A DNA stretch of 64,000 bases. Origin: Nitrospirota bacterium. GTDB taxonomy: Bacteria; Nitrospirota; UBA9217. The notes under the pieces are model-generated. The model was not told where the DNA came from, did not search any database, and was given only the letters and a program-made list of their open reading frames with translations. The stretch's first letter is position 1. The number at the start of each line of letters is the position of its first letter. Below are positions 29,981-40,481 of this stretch, piece after piece. Both the position numbers and the translations under genes were made by a program. Location of the stretch: contig CAVWHO010000022.1 in the NCBI GenBank assembly GCA_963754875.1, positions 96,001 through 160,000 of the forward strand, written 5' to 3'.

Positions 29981-30493
29981 ATGAGGCGTATGAAAAGACT
30001 CGCAATCGTGTTCGGAATTTCGCTGCTTATCCAAGGTTGCACGTATGCCATTTCTCCTGAAATGGTCGATCAGTCCGATAGAACCCTCACTTTCCGGCAA
30101 CTGCAAGCGGATCCTGACACCTTCAAAGGCAAAATTATCATCCTCGGCGGAATCATCGCCCAAACCAGCAATACAAAGCAGGGCACGGTAATCGAGATTG
30201 TCGAAAAGCCTCTTGATTACTGGGGCAAACCAAAACGCACCGACAAGACCGAGGGCAGATTTCTCGTCGTGCATGTCGGCTCCCTTGATCCTATGATCTA
30301 CGCGCCGGGCAGAGAGATAACCGTTGCGGCCGAAATCGAGGGTACGCGCAGTAAAGCGCTTGGAGAAATAGAGTATAATTATCCTGTCGTAGTTGCAAAA
30401 GAGTTGAAACTTTGGGAACGCGAGCGCCAATCATGGGATAGACCGCAGTGGATCGATCCGCTTTACGATCCTTACAGCCCTGCACGGCCATGA
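29981..30493 (+). CDS. Slp-family outer membrane lipoprotein
   Basis: Lipobox IQGC; LGG.I, PLD..G.P, GRFL, LDP..Y..GR.ITV. Confidence 0.88.
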   Translation: MRRMKRLAIVFGISLLIQGCTYAISPEMVDQSDRTLTFRQLQADPDTFKGKIIILGGIIAQTSNTKQGTVIEIVEKPLDYWGKPKRTDKTEGRFLVVHVGSLDPMIYAPGREITVAAEIEGTRSKALGEIEYNYPVVVAKELKLWERERQSWDRPQWIDPLYDPYSPARP

Positions 30494-30527
30494 GTGGTGA
30501 CGACGTCGCGTGGCAAGTGAGGCCGTC

Positions 30528-31031
30528 ATGGTCAAGCAAACCTGTCATCTATTGGCAATAAGCTTTCTGCTTGCGGCAGGAGGAGGGATTGCCGGATGTG
30601 CACCGGTATTTCCGAAGGAAGTAACGGATCACATAGATCGGCACGTTTCTTTTAAAGAACTCCAAAGCGATCCCGAAAAATTCAAAGGCACTTGGCTCAT
30701 GCTCGGGGGCGTCATCGTTTCGTCAAGAAATGTGAAAGAAGGGACGCTCATGGAAGTATTAGAAATGCCCCTGGATAGCAACGGCAGGCCGCTCGAAACA
30801 GACAAAACATTCGGACGCTTTCTCGTTGACTCAGACCAGTTTCTTGATTCTGCCGTGTATCACCGGGAACGGCTGGTCACCATTGTGGGGGAAGTGATTG
30901 GACAAAAGACAATGCCTCTCGACGAAATAATGTATCAGTATCCGCTCCTGAGAGTCAAAGCCCTGCACCTGTGGAGTCCGGCATCTGGCCCGCATTTTTT
31001 CTTCGGCATCGGAGTGTCGGGTCGGATGTAG
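30528..31031 (+). CDS. Slp-family outer membrane lipoprotein (paralog)
   Basis: Lipobox IAGC; LGGVI, PLD.NGRP, GRFL, FLD.AVY, YQYP. Confidence 0.88.
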   Translation: MVKQTCHLLAISFLLAAGGGIAGCAPVFPKEVTDHIDRHVSFKELQSDPEKFKGTWLMLGGVIVSSRNVKEGTLMEVLEMPLDSNGRPLETDKTFGRFLVDSDQFLDSAVYHRERLVTIVGEVIGQKTMPLDEIMYQYPLLRVKALHLWSPASGPHFFFGIGVSGRM

Positions 31032-31161
31032 AAGATGGAGTCTATTGCATATACATGATCTAGCGAATCCATGATCGGGCGAGGGGGTGTGTTGTCTCCC
31101 CTTCCCTCGTTTTTTCCCGCTTCTTTCTTTCCGCAATGACAGTACGCGAACGAGGTCTTTC

Positions 31162-32985
31162 ATGAAAAGAAGCTCGCAGATACTCTTCTACGTTCTTGCA
31201 GTATTGATGCTTGTCAGCATGTTCCGCCTTTTTTCAGAACCACCAACCGAGGACGTACCTTACAGCGATTTTAAGACGCTATTGGCAGAAAAAAAAGTCA
31301 AAGACATCGTCATTACGCGGGATCACATACGGGGCACACGAATCCAGGAAAAAAAGGGAGAAAAGGAAAAGCCCTTCACCGTCGTGCGTGTTGATGACAA
31401 CGACCTGGTAAAAAACCTCGATGCCAGCGGCATCGCCTATCGCGGCGAAATTTCGGAAAACTGGCTTCGCGATTTCTTGCTCACCTGGATCCTGCCGCTG
31501 GCGGTCCTTATGCTCATTTGGAGCTTTGTCTTCAGACGGATGAGTGCTGGCGGGCCCGGAGAGTCCTTTATGAGTTTCGGTAAATCCCGCGCCAAGATCT
31601 ACGGCGAAAGCGAGGTCAAGGTCACGTTTGGCGACGTCGCAGGTGTGGATGAGGCCAAAGAAGAGCTCATGGAAATCATCGAGTTTCTCCGCCACCCGGA
31701 CAAATTCACCAAGCTCGGAGGCCGCATCCCCAAGGGTGTGCTGCTTGTCGGCCCTCCCGGCACGGGAAAAACGCTCCTCTCCAAGGCTGTTGCGGGAGAA
31801 GCCAAAGTTCCCTTCTTTTCGATGTCCGGTTCGGAATTCGTTGAAATGTTCGTCGGCGTCGGTGCCTCACGAGTCCGCGACCTCTTCCAACAGGCCGTAC
31901 AGAAGGCGCCATGCATCATCTTTATCGACGAACTCGACGCCCTGGGCCGCGCCCGGGGGGCGGGCATCGCCGGCGCTCACGAGGAACGGGAGCAGACCCT
32001 GAACCAGCTCCTTGCCGAGATGGACGGCTTCGACCCGCGTAAAGGCGTCATTATCATGGCCGCGACGAACCGGCCCGAGATTCTCGACCCGGCACTTCTC
32101 CGACCCGGCCGCTTCGACCGGCACGTGCTCGTGGACCGGCCCAACATCAAGGACCGCGAGGATATCTTGAGGGTCCACATCAGGGGCGTCAAACTCTCGA
32201 AGGATGTGGATATCTCCGTGCTTGCAGCGCGCACGCCCGGGTTCGTCGGCGCCGATCTGGCGAATATCGTAAACGAGGCCGCGCTCTTGGCAGCACGCAA
32301 GAACAAGACCGAAGTGGACATGACCGACTTCGAAGCTGCCATCGACCGCATTGTCGCCGGGCTCGAAAAGAAGCGGCGCGTCATGAACAAGAAAGAAAAA
32401 GAGACCGTGGCCTACCACGAGTGCGGCCACACCATCGTTGCCGAGCTGCTGCCCACGACGGACCCTGTCCATCGGGTCTCGATCGTCCAGCGCGGTATCG
32501 CAGCGCTGGGCTATACTCTCCAGCTGCCTACGGAAGACCGGTATCTGATGACCAGGTCCGAACTCCTCGACAAGCTGTGTGTGATGCTCGGAGGCCGCGT
32601 TGCCGAGGAGATCATCTTTCATGAGACCTCGACGGGCGCGCAAAACGACCTCCAGCGCGCCGCCGTCATCGCGCGCAGCATGGTGACCGAGTATGGAATG
32701 ACCGAGAAGTTCGGTCCTCTTACGTTCGAAAAAGAACGGAGGCCCCTGTTCCTCGATATCGGCCTGCCGCAGGGCGCCAAGGAATACAGTGAAGATACGG
32801 CACGCGAGATCGACCAGGAAGTCAAACGCTTGATCGATAATGCCTATCACAAAGTCCAGGCAATGTTGGGGGCCAACCAGGACAAGCTGACAAAACTGGC
32901 AGCTGCACTGCTGGAAAAAGAAACCGTCGAAGGTGAAGAGATCAGAAAGATACTGGGACTCCCCGAAAAGAAGGGGCAGGCTTAG
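31162..32985 (+). CDS. ftsH: ATP-dependent zinc metalloprotease FtsH
   Basis: Two [27 protein letters not shown]. Confidence 0.97.
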   Translation: MKRSSQILFYVLAVLMLVSMFRLFSEPPTEDVPYSDFKTLLAEKKVKDIVITRDHIRGTRIQEKKGEKEKPFTVVRVDDNDLVKNLDASGIAYRGEISENWLRDFLLTWILPLAVLMLIWSFVFRRMSAGGPGESFMSFGKSRAKIYGESEVKVTFGDVAGVDEAKEELMEIIEFLRHPDKFTKLGGRIPKGVLLVGPPGTGKTLLSKAVAGEAKVPFFSMSGSEFVEMFVGVGASRVRDLFQQAVQKAPCIIFIDELDALGRARGAGIAGAHEEREQTLNQLLAEMDGFDPRKGVIIMAATNRPEILDPALLRPGRFDRHVLVDRPNIKDREDILRVHIRGVKLSKDVDISVLAARTPGFVGADLANIVNEAALLAARKNKTEVDMTDFEAAIDRIVAGLEKKRRVMNKKEKETVAYHECGHTIVAELLPTTDPVHRVSIVQRGIAALGYTLQLPTEDRYLMTRSELLDKLCVMLGGRVAEEIIFHETSTGAQNDLQRAAVIARSMVTEYGMTEKFGPLTFEKERRPLFLDIGLPQGAKEYSEDTAREIDQEVKRLIDNAYHKVQAMLGANQDKLTKLAAALLEKETVEGEEIRKILGLPEKKGQA

Positions 32986-33118
32986 CATATCGCTTATGCT
33001 GAAATGAGCGGATTATCTCTGGCATCTCTGAGCGGCGCCAGCGCATCCGGTGAGTGGGCTCTTCCGTGGATTGCAATTGGCGTAGAACTTTGAGTTGGTG
33101 GTTTAAAACGAAACCGTT

Positions 33119-33796
33119 TCACTGCTTTTTTAAAAACACTACAAAGGCCCCGCTACCGCCAAGGTCACGCGGCGCCGGAGCAAATTCCGCAACCATTCTT
33201 TTCCCCCGATCCCTCAACCAAGCGGCAACAGCTCCCTGCAGTACCGGCCCTTCTGGAGAATTGAGCCCCTTTCCGGTTATCACGAGAACCGCCTGCTGAC
33301 CGAAGTTAAAAGCTTCTGAAATGAACCGTTCGAGCCGCTGGAGTGCCTCGTCTCGCAGAAATCCGTGCAGATCAAGCTCCTGGCTAATAGGAATTTTCCC
33401 CCGTTTCAACTGACGTAAACGGCTGCTCGCAGATCTACGCTCTGGTTCGAGGGTTTCCTGCTCTTGTTGACGAACATCCCTAAATGTAGTCCCGATTTTC
33501 TGCATTGCTGCCAGGAAAAGCTCGCTGTCCCGGAGTGCAGCTGCATTTCCCGGTGCTGCCCGTCCCTGAGTTGAGACGTTTCCCGTGCTTGAGGTTGCCT
33601 TGCTGTCCATTTTTCTGGCACCCGCAACTGCCTGAAGAAAGAGTTCGCTTTCGTCTTCTTTCGTTTCTTCTTTTTTGCGGCGTGGGGCTACTTTTTTTTC
33701 TGCCGACCGAGGTGGCGGGGAAAATCCTTTGAGGGATTTGAAAGGATTATTTTTAAAGTCAGCAGGCGCCTTGTCGCCGCCCTTTCTTTTTTTCAT
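33119..33796 (-). CDS. Smr/MutS2 C-terminal domain protein
   Basis: LDLHG, VITGKG, GGSGA. Confidence 0.9.
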   Translation of the reverse strand: MKKRKGGDKAPADFKNNPFKSLKGFSPPPRSAEKKVAPRRKKEETKEDESELFLQAVAGARKMDSKATSSTGNVSTQGRAAPGNAAALRDSELFLAAMQKIGTTFRDVRQQEQETLEPERRSASSRLRQLKRGKIPISQELDLHGFLRDEALQRLERFISEAFNFGQQAVLVITGKGLNSPEGPVLQGAVAAWLRDRGKRMVAEFAPAPRDLGGSGAFVVFLKKQ

Positions 33797-34048
33797 AACG
33801 CCTATTTCTGACCCGGACAAGCCGGATCCGGCTAAGTTGGAGACAAAGTTATTGACACCGAGAGAAGCTGGAAAAACCATAAAGTATCATGCTTGTTCAT
33901 CATTTCTTTAGTATGATCCGAAACTATTTCTTTCTAACGTGTTTCTACTAAGAATTAAGTCGTTGACAGTTGACTTGCGGGCACGGACTTCGTCGGACCA
34001 GGCGACCGATGAACGAGGACACCAGGGAGAAACGGTTCATTGTAAAAA

Positions 34049-35281
34049 CTAATGGTCCGGATACCGCTCGGCGATACTTTGGATAGTATCAAGACAGGAA
34101 AAAAATGTCTCGACCATGTGCGGCTCGAAGTGCGTTCCCGAGGTGGCCTTAAGTTCGTCGAGGACTTGCGATTCTTCCCACCGCTCTTTGTACGCTCTAC
34201 GGGAACTGAGCGCGTCATACACGTCGGCAAGTGCGACGATCCGTCCGAACACGGGAATTTCATCACCTTTTTTGGGCCGCGGTATACCACCGCTCGTTTC
34301 GTAGCCGGGGATTACTTTTCCGTCAACGGCGTTCACATGGCCCGGATAACCGGTCCCATCCCATTTTTCATGATGATTCAGGGCGACGATAGCTGCTGCC
34401 TCATCGAATTCCGAGTATCGGTCGGAAAAAAGCTTCGCCCCCATAATGGTGTGCTGCTTCATGGCTTCCCGTTCCGCATCATCGAGCCGTCCCGGTTTCT
34501 TCAGGATTGCGTCGGAGATCGCCACCTTGCCTACATCATGGAGCATGGCCGCCATGCGCAGGATGTCTCGGTTCTTTTCGATCACGTCATGAGAGATGCC
34601 CTGCTTGCCCGCCCATGCTTCATAGATCGCAACGGTGAAGGCAGCGACCCGGTTCACGTGGGCGCCTGTCTCCTTGGGATCGCGCAGCTCTGCCATTTTG
34701 ATGGTCCGGAGAATCATAGTGCGGGTCATCTGCGCCCGTTCGATGGCGACAGCCGCCATATTTGCAAAGTGCATCACGAGAGGCTCGTCCTTTTTTGAAA
34801 AGGGAATCACTTTCTCGTGAATGTTATTTGCGTTGATCAACTGGAGCACGCCGATTGTGTCCCCCCGGTTTGTCTTGAGTGGAAAGGTCAGCATCGACTG
34901 GGTACGGTACCCCGAGAGATCGTCGTACGACTTATTAAACGAGAACGGCAGGCCGGCTTTGAGTTTATACACGTCGGGGATATTCATGGTTTCCCCGGTG
35001 TTCGCCACGTAACCCGCAATCGACTGGTTGTTGATCGGGACTGAAAAGGTGGAATAAATCAGCTTCTTGCCGGACGCAAGCTTTTTTCGCTGTGTTTCGT
35101 TTTGTGTGTAGCTGAATTTGAGCTTGTCGCCTTCCTTAATATATATCGAGCCGGCATCGGCACTTACCAGCTGTCTTGCCTCTCGAAGGATCCGTTCCAG
35201 GAGCACGTCGACGTCCTTGATTTCAGTGAGTTCGACGCCTAAACGCATGATCATGTTAAGTTTTTGTTTTTCGCTGGGCAT
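34049..35281 (-). CDS. GAF + HD-GYP cyclic dinucleotide phosphodiesterase
   Basis: GAF (SIAGYVA, YRTQSML..PL), LHDVGK, HHEKWDGTGYP, ADVYDAL..RRAYK. Confidence 0.92.
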   Translation of the reverse strand: MPSEKQKLNMIMRLGVELTEIKDVDVLLERILREARQLVSADAGSIYIKEGDKLKFSYTQNETQRKKLASGKKLIYSTFSVPINNQSIAGYVANTGETMNIPDVYKLKAGLPFSFNKSYDDLSGYRTQSMLTFPLKTNRGDTIGVLQLINANNIHEKVIPFSKKDEPLVMHFANMAAVAIERAQMTRTMILRTIKMAELRDPKETGAHVNRVAAFTVAIYEAWAGKQGISHDVIEKNRDILRMAAMLHDVGKVAISDAILKKPGRLDDAEREAMKQHTIMGAKLFSDRYSEFDEAAAIVALNHHEKWDGTGYPGHVNAVDGKVIPGYETSGGIPRPKKGDEIPVFGRIVALADVYDALSSRRAYKERWEESQVLDELKATSGTHFEPHMVETFFSCLDTIQSIAERYPDH

Positions 35282-35460
35282 GGTCTATTTTTACAATATC
35301 ATATGTCATTTGTCAATTGGCAATCGTCGTCCAGGTGTCTTACTATTTAACAATTGACTCGTATGTACTTTTTTGATATAGTACTAACTTAAGTTTCGCC
35401 GGGCAGTATGAAATTTTCCTGTACCACAAGCCCGAAACATTGCATGATGAGGTTGTGATG

Positions 35461-35829
35461 ATGGTAGCGGACTCAAAATTGTTGGCAATTAGAAAAAAAC
35501 TTCTTAAGCAGCGGCAGGATCTTCTTTCCGAGGCCGAGCAGACACTGAACAGCAAGATAAGCACCGAAAAAGAAAGCTTTCCCGATCCCACGGACCAGGC
35601 CGTGGCTGAATTGGACAACAACTTCCTGTTGAAACTTCGCGGTCGGGAGCAGAAACTGCTGAAAAAAATCGACGAGGCCATTTCTCGGATTGATGGCGGC
35701 ACTTATGGAGTCTGTGAGGAATGCGGCGGCCAGATCAGTATCAAGCGGCTCGAAGCGCGGCCCGTTACTACGCTTTGTATAGAATGCAAGACACGTCAGG
35801 AAGAAGCAGAGAAGATGCAGGCTGGTTGA
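35461..35829 (+). CDS. dksA: RNA polymerase-binding protein DksA
   Basis: DPTDQA coiled-coil tip, CEEC...RLEARP...CIEC zinc finger. Confidence 0.92.
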   Translation: MVADSKLLAIRKKLLKQRQDLLSEAEQTLNSKISTEKESFPDPTDQAVAELDNNFLLKLRGREQKLLKKIDEAISRIDGGTYGVCEECGGQISIKRLEARPVTTLCIECKTRQEEAEKMQAG

Positions 35830-35862
35830 CCGGCGTGGCATTGCGAATGAATGGTCATACCA

Positions 35863-35900
35863 ATAAAAAGGGGTTAACCGACAAGGTTAACCCCTTTTTA
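35863..35900. terminator. Bidirectional terminator, copy 1 of a duplicated hairpin
   Basis: TAAAAAGGGGTTAACCGACAAGGTTAACCCCTTTTTA. Confidence 0.8.
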
Positions 35901-36168
35901 TTTCTACAAATTGCAAGGTTGATCTTTCAGCTATATCATGTGAAGTACAGGTTCTGAGAGTTGAAGTAATACTCCTTTCTTACTTAATGAAATGTAGATC
36001 AATCGTTATGCAGATAATTGACAATAATAAAACGTCTGTAGAATGTTAGAAGATTAAGGCAGCTTTCCAGCGAGAATCAATGCACGCCGCGATCCTATTC
36101 TAGGAAGTTGTTTTCCCGTCTGCTGTTGGGAGCGTTGTAATAATTCAATCTGCACTACTAGCGGAGGC

Positions 36169-36282
36169 TTAGAACCGCTCAGCCTTTTCATCTGCTTGCT
36201 TGGCAATCCCTAAGCAAGACATCAGAAACACCATAAAAACGCAACCGAAGGATACCAGTATTGTCCAAATAGTCCAGCTCAT
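36169..36282 (-). CDS. Small 37-aa single-TM protein (not in ORF track)
   Basis: GAGGAGG RBS; MSWTIWTILVSFGCVFMVFLMSCLGIAKQADEKAERF. Confidence 0.6.
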   Translation of the reverse strand: MSWTIWTILVSFGCVFMVFLMSCLGIAKQADEKAERF

Positions 36283-36399
36283 CACTAACACCTCCTCTGT
36301 ATTTGTCGATAACAGATTGCGAGTGCCCCTTTGAGATTACCTTGTGAACCGTCATAGCGATGGTTCCATAAGCTGAAATTTAGTAACAGTCATTTTAAT

Positions 36400-36416
36400 T
36401 GCAAATTTATTGCCAG
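36400..36416 (-). promoter_or_regulatory. Sigma54 (-24/-12) promoter
   Basis: CTGGCAATAAATTTGCA on minus strand, GG-N10-GC spacing; AT-rich upstream region with IHF-like motifs. Confidence 0.7.
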
Positions 36417-36680
36417 CAATAATTCTTTGTAAATTAAATAGTTACTAATATGAAATTCAATACCTTGTCGGAATATGGACAGTTTTTTTGCTTTTAAAAC
36501 GGTCATTGACGAAAACCTCTTGAAACAACATAAGATTTCTCGTGTAGTAATTTCGACTGGTGTAGCGCAGGTGTCAATTTCAGAACGATTGAAAGGATTT
36601 TTTTGGATATTAACGAAGATACTGGTCTCGGCAGGTTCGGGCTTTTGCTATGCTGAAAGGACTTTTGAAAATACTGTACG

Positions 36681-36717
36681 AAAAAGGGGGTTAACCGATA
36701 AGGTTAACCCCCCTTTA
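36681..36717. terminator. tRNA-Val terminator, copy 2 of the duplicated hairpin
   Basis: AAAAAGGGGGTTAACCGATAAGGTTAACCCCCTTTA. Confidence 0.8.
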
Positions 36718-36726
36718 TTATTTGCA

Positions 36727-36801
36727 TGGTGGGCGATGCTGGGATTGAACCAGCGACCCCTGCCGTGTGAAGGCAGTGCTCTCCCGCTGAGCTAATCGCC
36801 C
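36727..36801 (-). tRNA. tRNA-Val (CAC)
   Basis: GGGCGAT acceptor stem, AGCTCAGCGGGAGAGC D arm, CTGCC-TTCACAC-GGCAG anticodon arm, GGTTCAATCC T arm, encoded CCA. Confidence 0.97.
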
Positions 36802-37011
36802 GAAGCGTTTACTTTTTAACACAGGGGGCGCTTATTAGTCAAGCTAATTCTTGAAATCTGTTATCAACCACAGGGCTCAGCACGTTCGTGACACATGGAT
36901 GAAATCCGTTTTGTATTATTTTATGAAATGCTTCTATATTAGAGGTTGTCGCTTTGCCGTGTGCGCCGGGGCGACTGTGGTTAACCTGGATATCAAATTC
37001 TTTACCTACGG

Positions 37012-38175
37012 TCAGTCTACTTTCAGTATCGCGCACTTGAGATACTGCGTCTCCTTAGCCGCGAGAAGCATAGGATGGTCCCGGGCCTGGGAGCGCATCT
37101 CCAGCAGCCGCGCCTGCCTGCCAGCCGAGTACGCCGCGTCAATCAGCATCTCCCGAAATAATTCCTGGTCGATATGATGTGAGCACGAGCAGGTTACAAG
37201 CGCGCCTCCCGGCTCAAGCAGTTTCATTGCACGGAGATTGATGTCTTTATAACCTTTGAGGGCCTCCCGCACCTTGGATCTGTTTTTCACGAACGCCGGG
37301 GGGTCGAGAACGATGCAGCCGAACCGTTCTCCTTGTTTTTCCAGAAGGCGGAGCTCATCGAACACGTCGGCAGTCTTAAACTGTGCGGACAAGCCGTTCA
37401 ACGCGGCGTTGTCTCTTGCCAGGGAGACAGCCTTCTCCGAAGAATCAAGACCGATGACTTCGGAAGCACCGAATTTCGCTGCCGCAAGCGACCACGCGCC
37501 CGCGTAGCAAAAGCAATCGAGTGTTCGCCTTCCGCGAACATAGTCCTTGAGAGCAAGGCGGTTCTCGCGTTGGTCAAAGAAGAACCCCGTCTTCTGTCCC
37601 TCCAGAACATCGACCCGATAAGTAATGCCTGACTCTTCGATCGTCACCGGATTGGCAAGAGATCCGACAATGATGCGCTTTTCTTGAGAAAGTCCTTCAA
37701 GCTCCCGCGAACCCACATCATTTCTGAGCACAATTGCCGTAGGAAAATATTCTTCATTCAGCGCCGCAATAACTTCGTGCAAAAGCCTGTCGATGCCGGC
37801 TGTCGACGACTGGACCACGAGCGTATCGGCGTACTTGTCCACAATCAGGCCTGGAAGGCCGTCACCTTCGCTGAACACGGCGCGATAGGATTCGCCGAAT
37901 CCGAGATCCTTTCTGAGGTTATGTGCAGCCGAAATCTTGCCTTTGAGAAATGCGAGGCCAATCTCTTCCTGCTTCCGCGTGAGGATTCGCACGGCAATGA
38001 GGGAACGTGGATTAATGTAGCCCCGACCGACGAATCGGCCGGAAACATCCTGCACGTCGACGATCTCGCCCGGTTCGAATGTGGCCGACATTCGTCCAAG
38101 CTCGTTGCTGAACACCCAGGGGTGCCCGCGGAGAATGCGGCGGTCTTCTTTTTGCTTGAGTTTTATCGTTTTCAT
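37012..38175 (-). CDS. RlmI/RlmK-family SAM-dependent rRNA methyltransferase
   Basis: GHPWVFSNE (PUA), GQKTGFFFDQRENR, LDCFCY.G, LDPPAF, TCSCS. Confidence 0.9.
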   Translation of the reverse strand: MKTIKLKQKEDRRILRGHPWVFSNELGRMSATFEPGEIVDVQDVSGRFVGRGYINPRSLIAVRILTRKQEEIGLAFLKGKISAAHNLRKDLGFGESYRAVFSEGDGLPGLIVDKYADTLVVQSSTAGIDRLLHEVIAALNEEYFPTAIVLRNDVGSRELEGLSQEKRIIVGSLANPVTIEESGITYRVDVLEGQKTGFFFDQRENRLALKDYVRGRRTLDCFCYAGAWSLAAAKFGASEVIGLDSSEKAVSLARDNAALNGLSAQFKTADVFDELRLLEKQGERFGCIVLDPPAFVKNRSKVREALKGYKDINLRAMKLLEPGGALVTCSCSHHIDQELFREMLIDAAYSAGRQARLLEMRSQARDHPMLLAAKETQYLKCAILKVD

Positions 38176-38244
38176 GCGGGGTGCGACGCAGAATGGAGAA
38201 GGCGGGGATGGCGGCAAGTCAAAGAAAAAGGGCATCGCTCATAG

Positions 38245-38285
38245 CTTTGCCCTCGGTGCTCTGCTCCCTGCACTTTGCTCTCTGC
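38245..38285. repeat. Degenerate 7-nt tandem array right after surA-like stop codon
   Basis: CTCGGTG CTCTGCT CCCTGCA CTTTGCT CTCTGCT. Confidence 0.6.
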
Positions 38286-39224
38286 TTACAATCTGTTTTC
38301 GATGTTCGAATCGCTCCTGAGAGACTGCAGCCAACTCCGGTACGTGTTCTCCACCTTCTGCTGGTAGAGCATGTTCATGATCTCGTCTTTGACTTTTTCG
38401 TAGGATTTGACCGGCGTACGCTCGTCTTCCAGCTTGATGATGTGATAGCCGCCGGCGCACAGAAAGGGGCTTGAGACGTCGCCCGGCTTGAGCGGTTTAG
38501 CGGCGGCTTCCATCTCGGGGAGGAGGGAGTCACGCTCCGTGAACCCCAGGTCCCCGTCCTGTGAAGCGGTCGCTCCTTGAGAAAATTCGCGGACGAGGCT
38601 GGTGAAATCCTCCCCGTGTTTGGCGCGAGTAAAAACCTGCTGCGCCTTTTCTTTGACTTCCGCAGTCTCTTGGGTAGACGCTTTGTCCGGGACCGAGAAA
38701 AATATTTGTTGCAGCCGGATCTCTTCGGGAAGCGAATATAGTTTGATGTTTCGGTTGAAGTAGGCGCGGACCTCGGCCTCATCAACGGTGATGCCGGCCC
38801 GTATGTACTTGTTGAACATGCGCGAGAGCGTCATCTGCTCCCGAAGCTCGATTTTGTACTGCTCAAGCGTAAGCCCGTCTTTTGCCAACGCAGCGTCGAA
38901 CTGTTTTGAATCAAAGGAGTTCCGCTTCATGATGTCGGCGATGGCGTCGGCAAGCTCTTTATCGGTCACGTCCAAGCCGGCCCGCTTCGCAGCGGCCATC
39001 TGAAGCTTCCTGTCGATCATGTCTTCAAGGAGTGTCCGGTCGTCCTCCTTGCCTCCGGTCTTTCTCAAGGCAGCTTCCCGCTGGAGATCGCTCAGCGTAA
39101 TGATCTCGTTGTTCACGACCGCTACCACGCGGTCAACGACGACCAGCGCGCTTGCGGTGTTCTGCATGCTGCACAAAAAGAAAATGCCGATCACGGTTAT
39201 GAAAGAAAGTCTGATGTTTCGCAT
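38286..39224 (-). CDS. SurA-like chaperone / parvulin PPIase
   Basis: Signal peptide, VDRVVAVVNNEIITLSD, DF..L.REFS...DGDLGF, GYHIIKL. Confidence 0.88.
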   Translation of the reverse strand: MRNIRLSFITVIGIFFLCSMQNTASALVVVDRVVAVVNNEIITLSDLQREAALRKTGGKEDDRTLLEDMIDRKLQMAAAKRAGLDVTDKELADAIADIMKRNSFDSKQFDAALAKDGLTLEQYKIELREQMTLSRMFNKYIRAGITVDEAEVRAYFNRNIKLYSLPEEIRLQQIFFSVPDKASTQETAEVKEKAQQVFTRAKHGEDFTSLVREFSQGATASQDGDLGFTERDSLLPEMEAAAKPLKPGDVSSPFLCAGGYHIIKLEDERTPVKSYEKVKDEIMNMLYQQKVENTYRSWLQSLRSDSNIENRL

Positions 39225-39305
39225 GGTCCTGCTCCCTGCCTTGTACGACCTGCTTTTTTTATTGCCTTTTGGCGGCCGGTCTTTTATTATGATTCTCGAA
39301 CTGCT

Positions 39306-40481
39306 ATGAAAACACTCTTTACTGCTTTCTCCATTTTCCTTGCTCTAACAGCACCGGTTGTTGCTGCCGATCAGTTACCTCAGGACGAACTCACGATCGC
39401 TGCGGTTGGCGACTTGATGCTCGGCGGCAGGACCGAACCTTTTCTCAACGACTTCGGCCCCGGTTATCCTTTCGTTGAGGTGATGCCGGTCCTCGGGAAG
39501 GCCGACATAGTGGTCGGCAACCTCGAATCCCCGGTCTCAACGCGTGGGATTGCCGTGGAAAACAAGAAATTCACGCTCCGGGCGGGTCCGATCGCAGCCG
39601 CTGCACTTAAGCAAGCCGGCTTCCGGGTGGTCACGCTCGCGAACAACCATATGATGGACTTCGGCCCCCTGGCGCTTGAGGACACGCTTGCGAATCTGGG
39701 AGAAAACGGGATTCTCTCCGCCGGTGCCGGCATGGACCTTGTTGATGCCCGCACGCCGGCGATCGTAAAAATCAAGGGAAGGACCATTGCCTTTCTTGCC
39801 TACTCCCTCACGTTTCCGCTCGAATTTTTCGCCTCTGCCGGCAGGCCCGGCACCGCGCCGGGATATGCGGACTTCGTAAAGGCCGATATTGAGAAGATCC
39901 GGCCCCATGCCGACCTTGTTGTCGTTTCCTTCCATTGGGGCGCGGAGCTGTTGACCGCTGCCAAAGACTACCAGATCGAGCTTGGTCACCAAGCCATTGA
40001 TTGGGGCGCCGACCTTGTGCTCGGCTCTCACCCCCATGTACTCCAGGAACTCGAGGTGTACAAAGGCCGGCTCATTGCCTATAGTCTAGGAAACTTTGTT
40101 TTCGGATCCGAGAGCAACCGCACAAACTGCAGTATGATACTACTTTCAACCTTCAAGGGCAACACCCTCGTGAAGGTTGAGGCGGTGCCCCTGGACGTGA
40201 ACAACTACCGCGTAAAGTACCGCCCCCGTGTGCTCACCGGCGCGCCAGCCGCTGAAGTGCTCGGCAACATCAATGCCGCGTCGGAAAGGTTCAAAACAAG
40301 ACTCGAAATAGCGAATGACCGAGGCACTGCCTTGGTCACTCCGTTCCCCAAGGCCGGAGGATCTCTTGCCGTAGTTCAGCACGTGCCCGGTAGCGCTTCT
40401 GAGCCTTTTTCTCTCACGAAACTCACTGCTCCAGCGCCTGGTAATTCACTTCAAACTTCGTCCTCGACCTCAGTTCCTTAA
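39306..40481 (+). CDS. CapA-family (PGA_cap) secreted metallophosphatase-like protein
   Basis: Signal peptide, AVGDLM, GNLE, LANNH..D, SFHWG, GSHPHV, YSLGNF. Confidence 0.92.
   Translation: MKTLFTAFSIFLALTAPVVAADQLPQDELTIAAVGDLMLGGRTEPFLNDFGPGYPFVEVMPVLGKADIVVGNLESPVSTRGIAVENKKFTLRAGPIAAAALKQAGFRVVTLANNHMMDFGPLALEDTLANLGENGILSAGAGMDLVDARTPAIVKIKGRTIAFLAYSLTFPLEFFASAGRPGTAPGYADFVKADIEKIRPHADLVVVSFHWGAELLTAAKDYQIELGHQAIDWGADLVLGSHPHVLQELEVYKGRLIAYSLGNFVFGSESNRTNCSMILLSTFKGNTLVKVEAVPLDVNNYRVKYRPRVLTGAPAAEVLGNINAASERFKTRLEIANDRGTALVTPFPKAGGSLAVVQHVPGSASEPFSLTKLTAPAPGNSLQTSSSTSVP

Noticed and set aside
35863..36717. CRISPR array from the repeated GGGGTTAACC hairpin
   Set aside because: Only two copies about 800 bp apart, with terminator-like A/T tails and no cas genes
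36475..36795. 106-aa plus-strand ORF
   Set aside because: Runs antisense through the terminator and tRNA-Val; not protein-like
39306..40481. Poly-gamma-glutamate capsule locus
   Set aside because: Only the CapA-domain gene is present; the synthetase genes capB and capC are absent from the window
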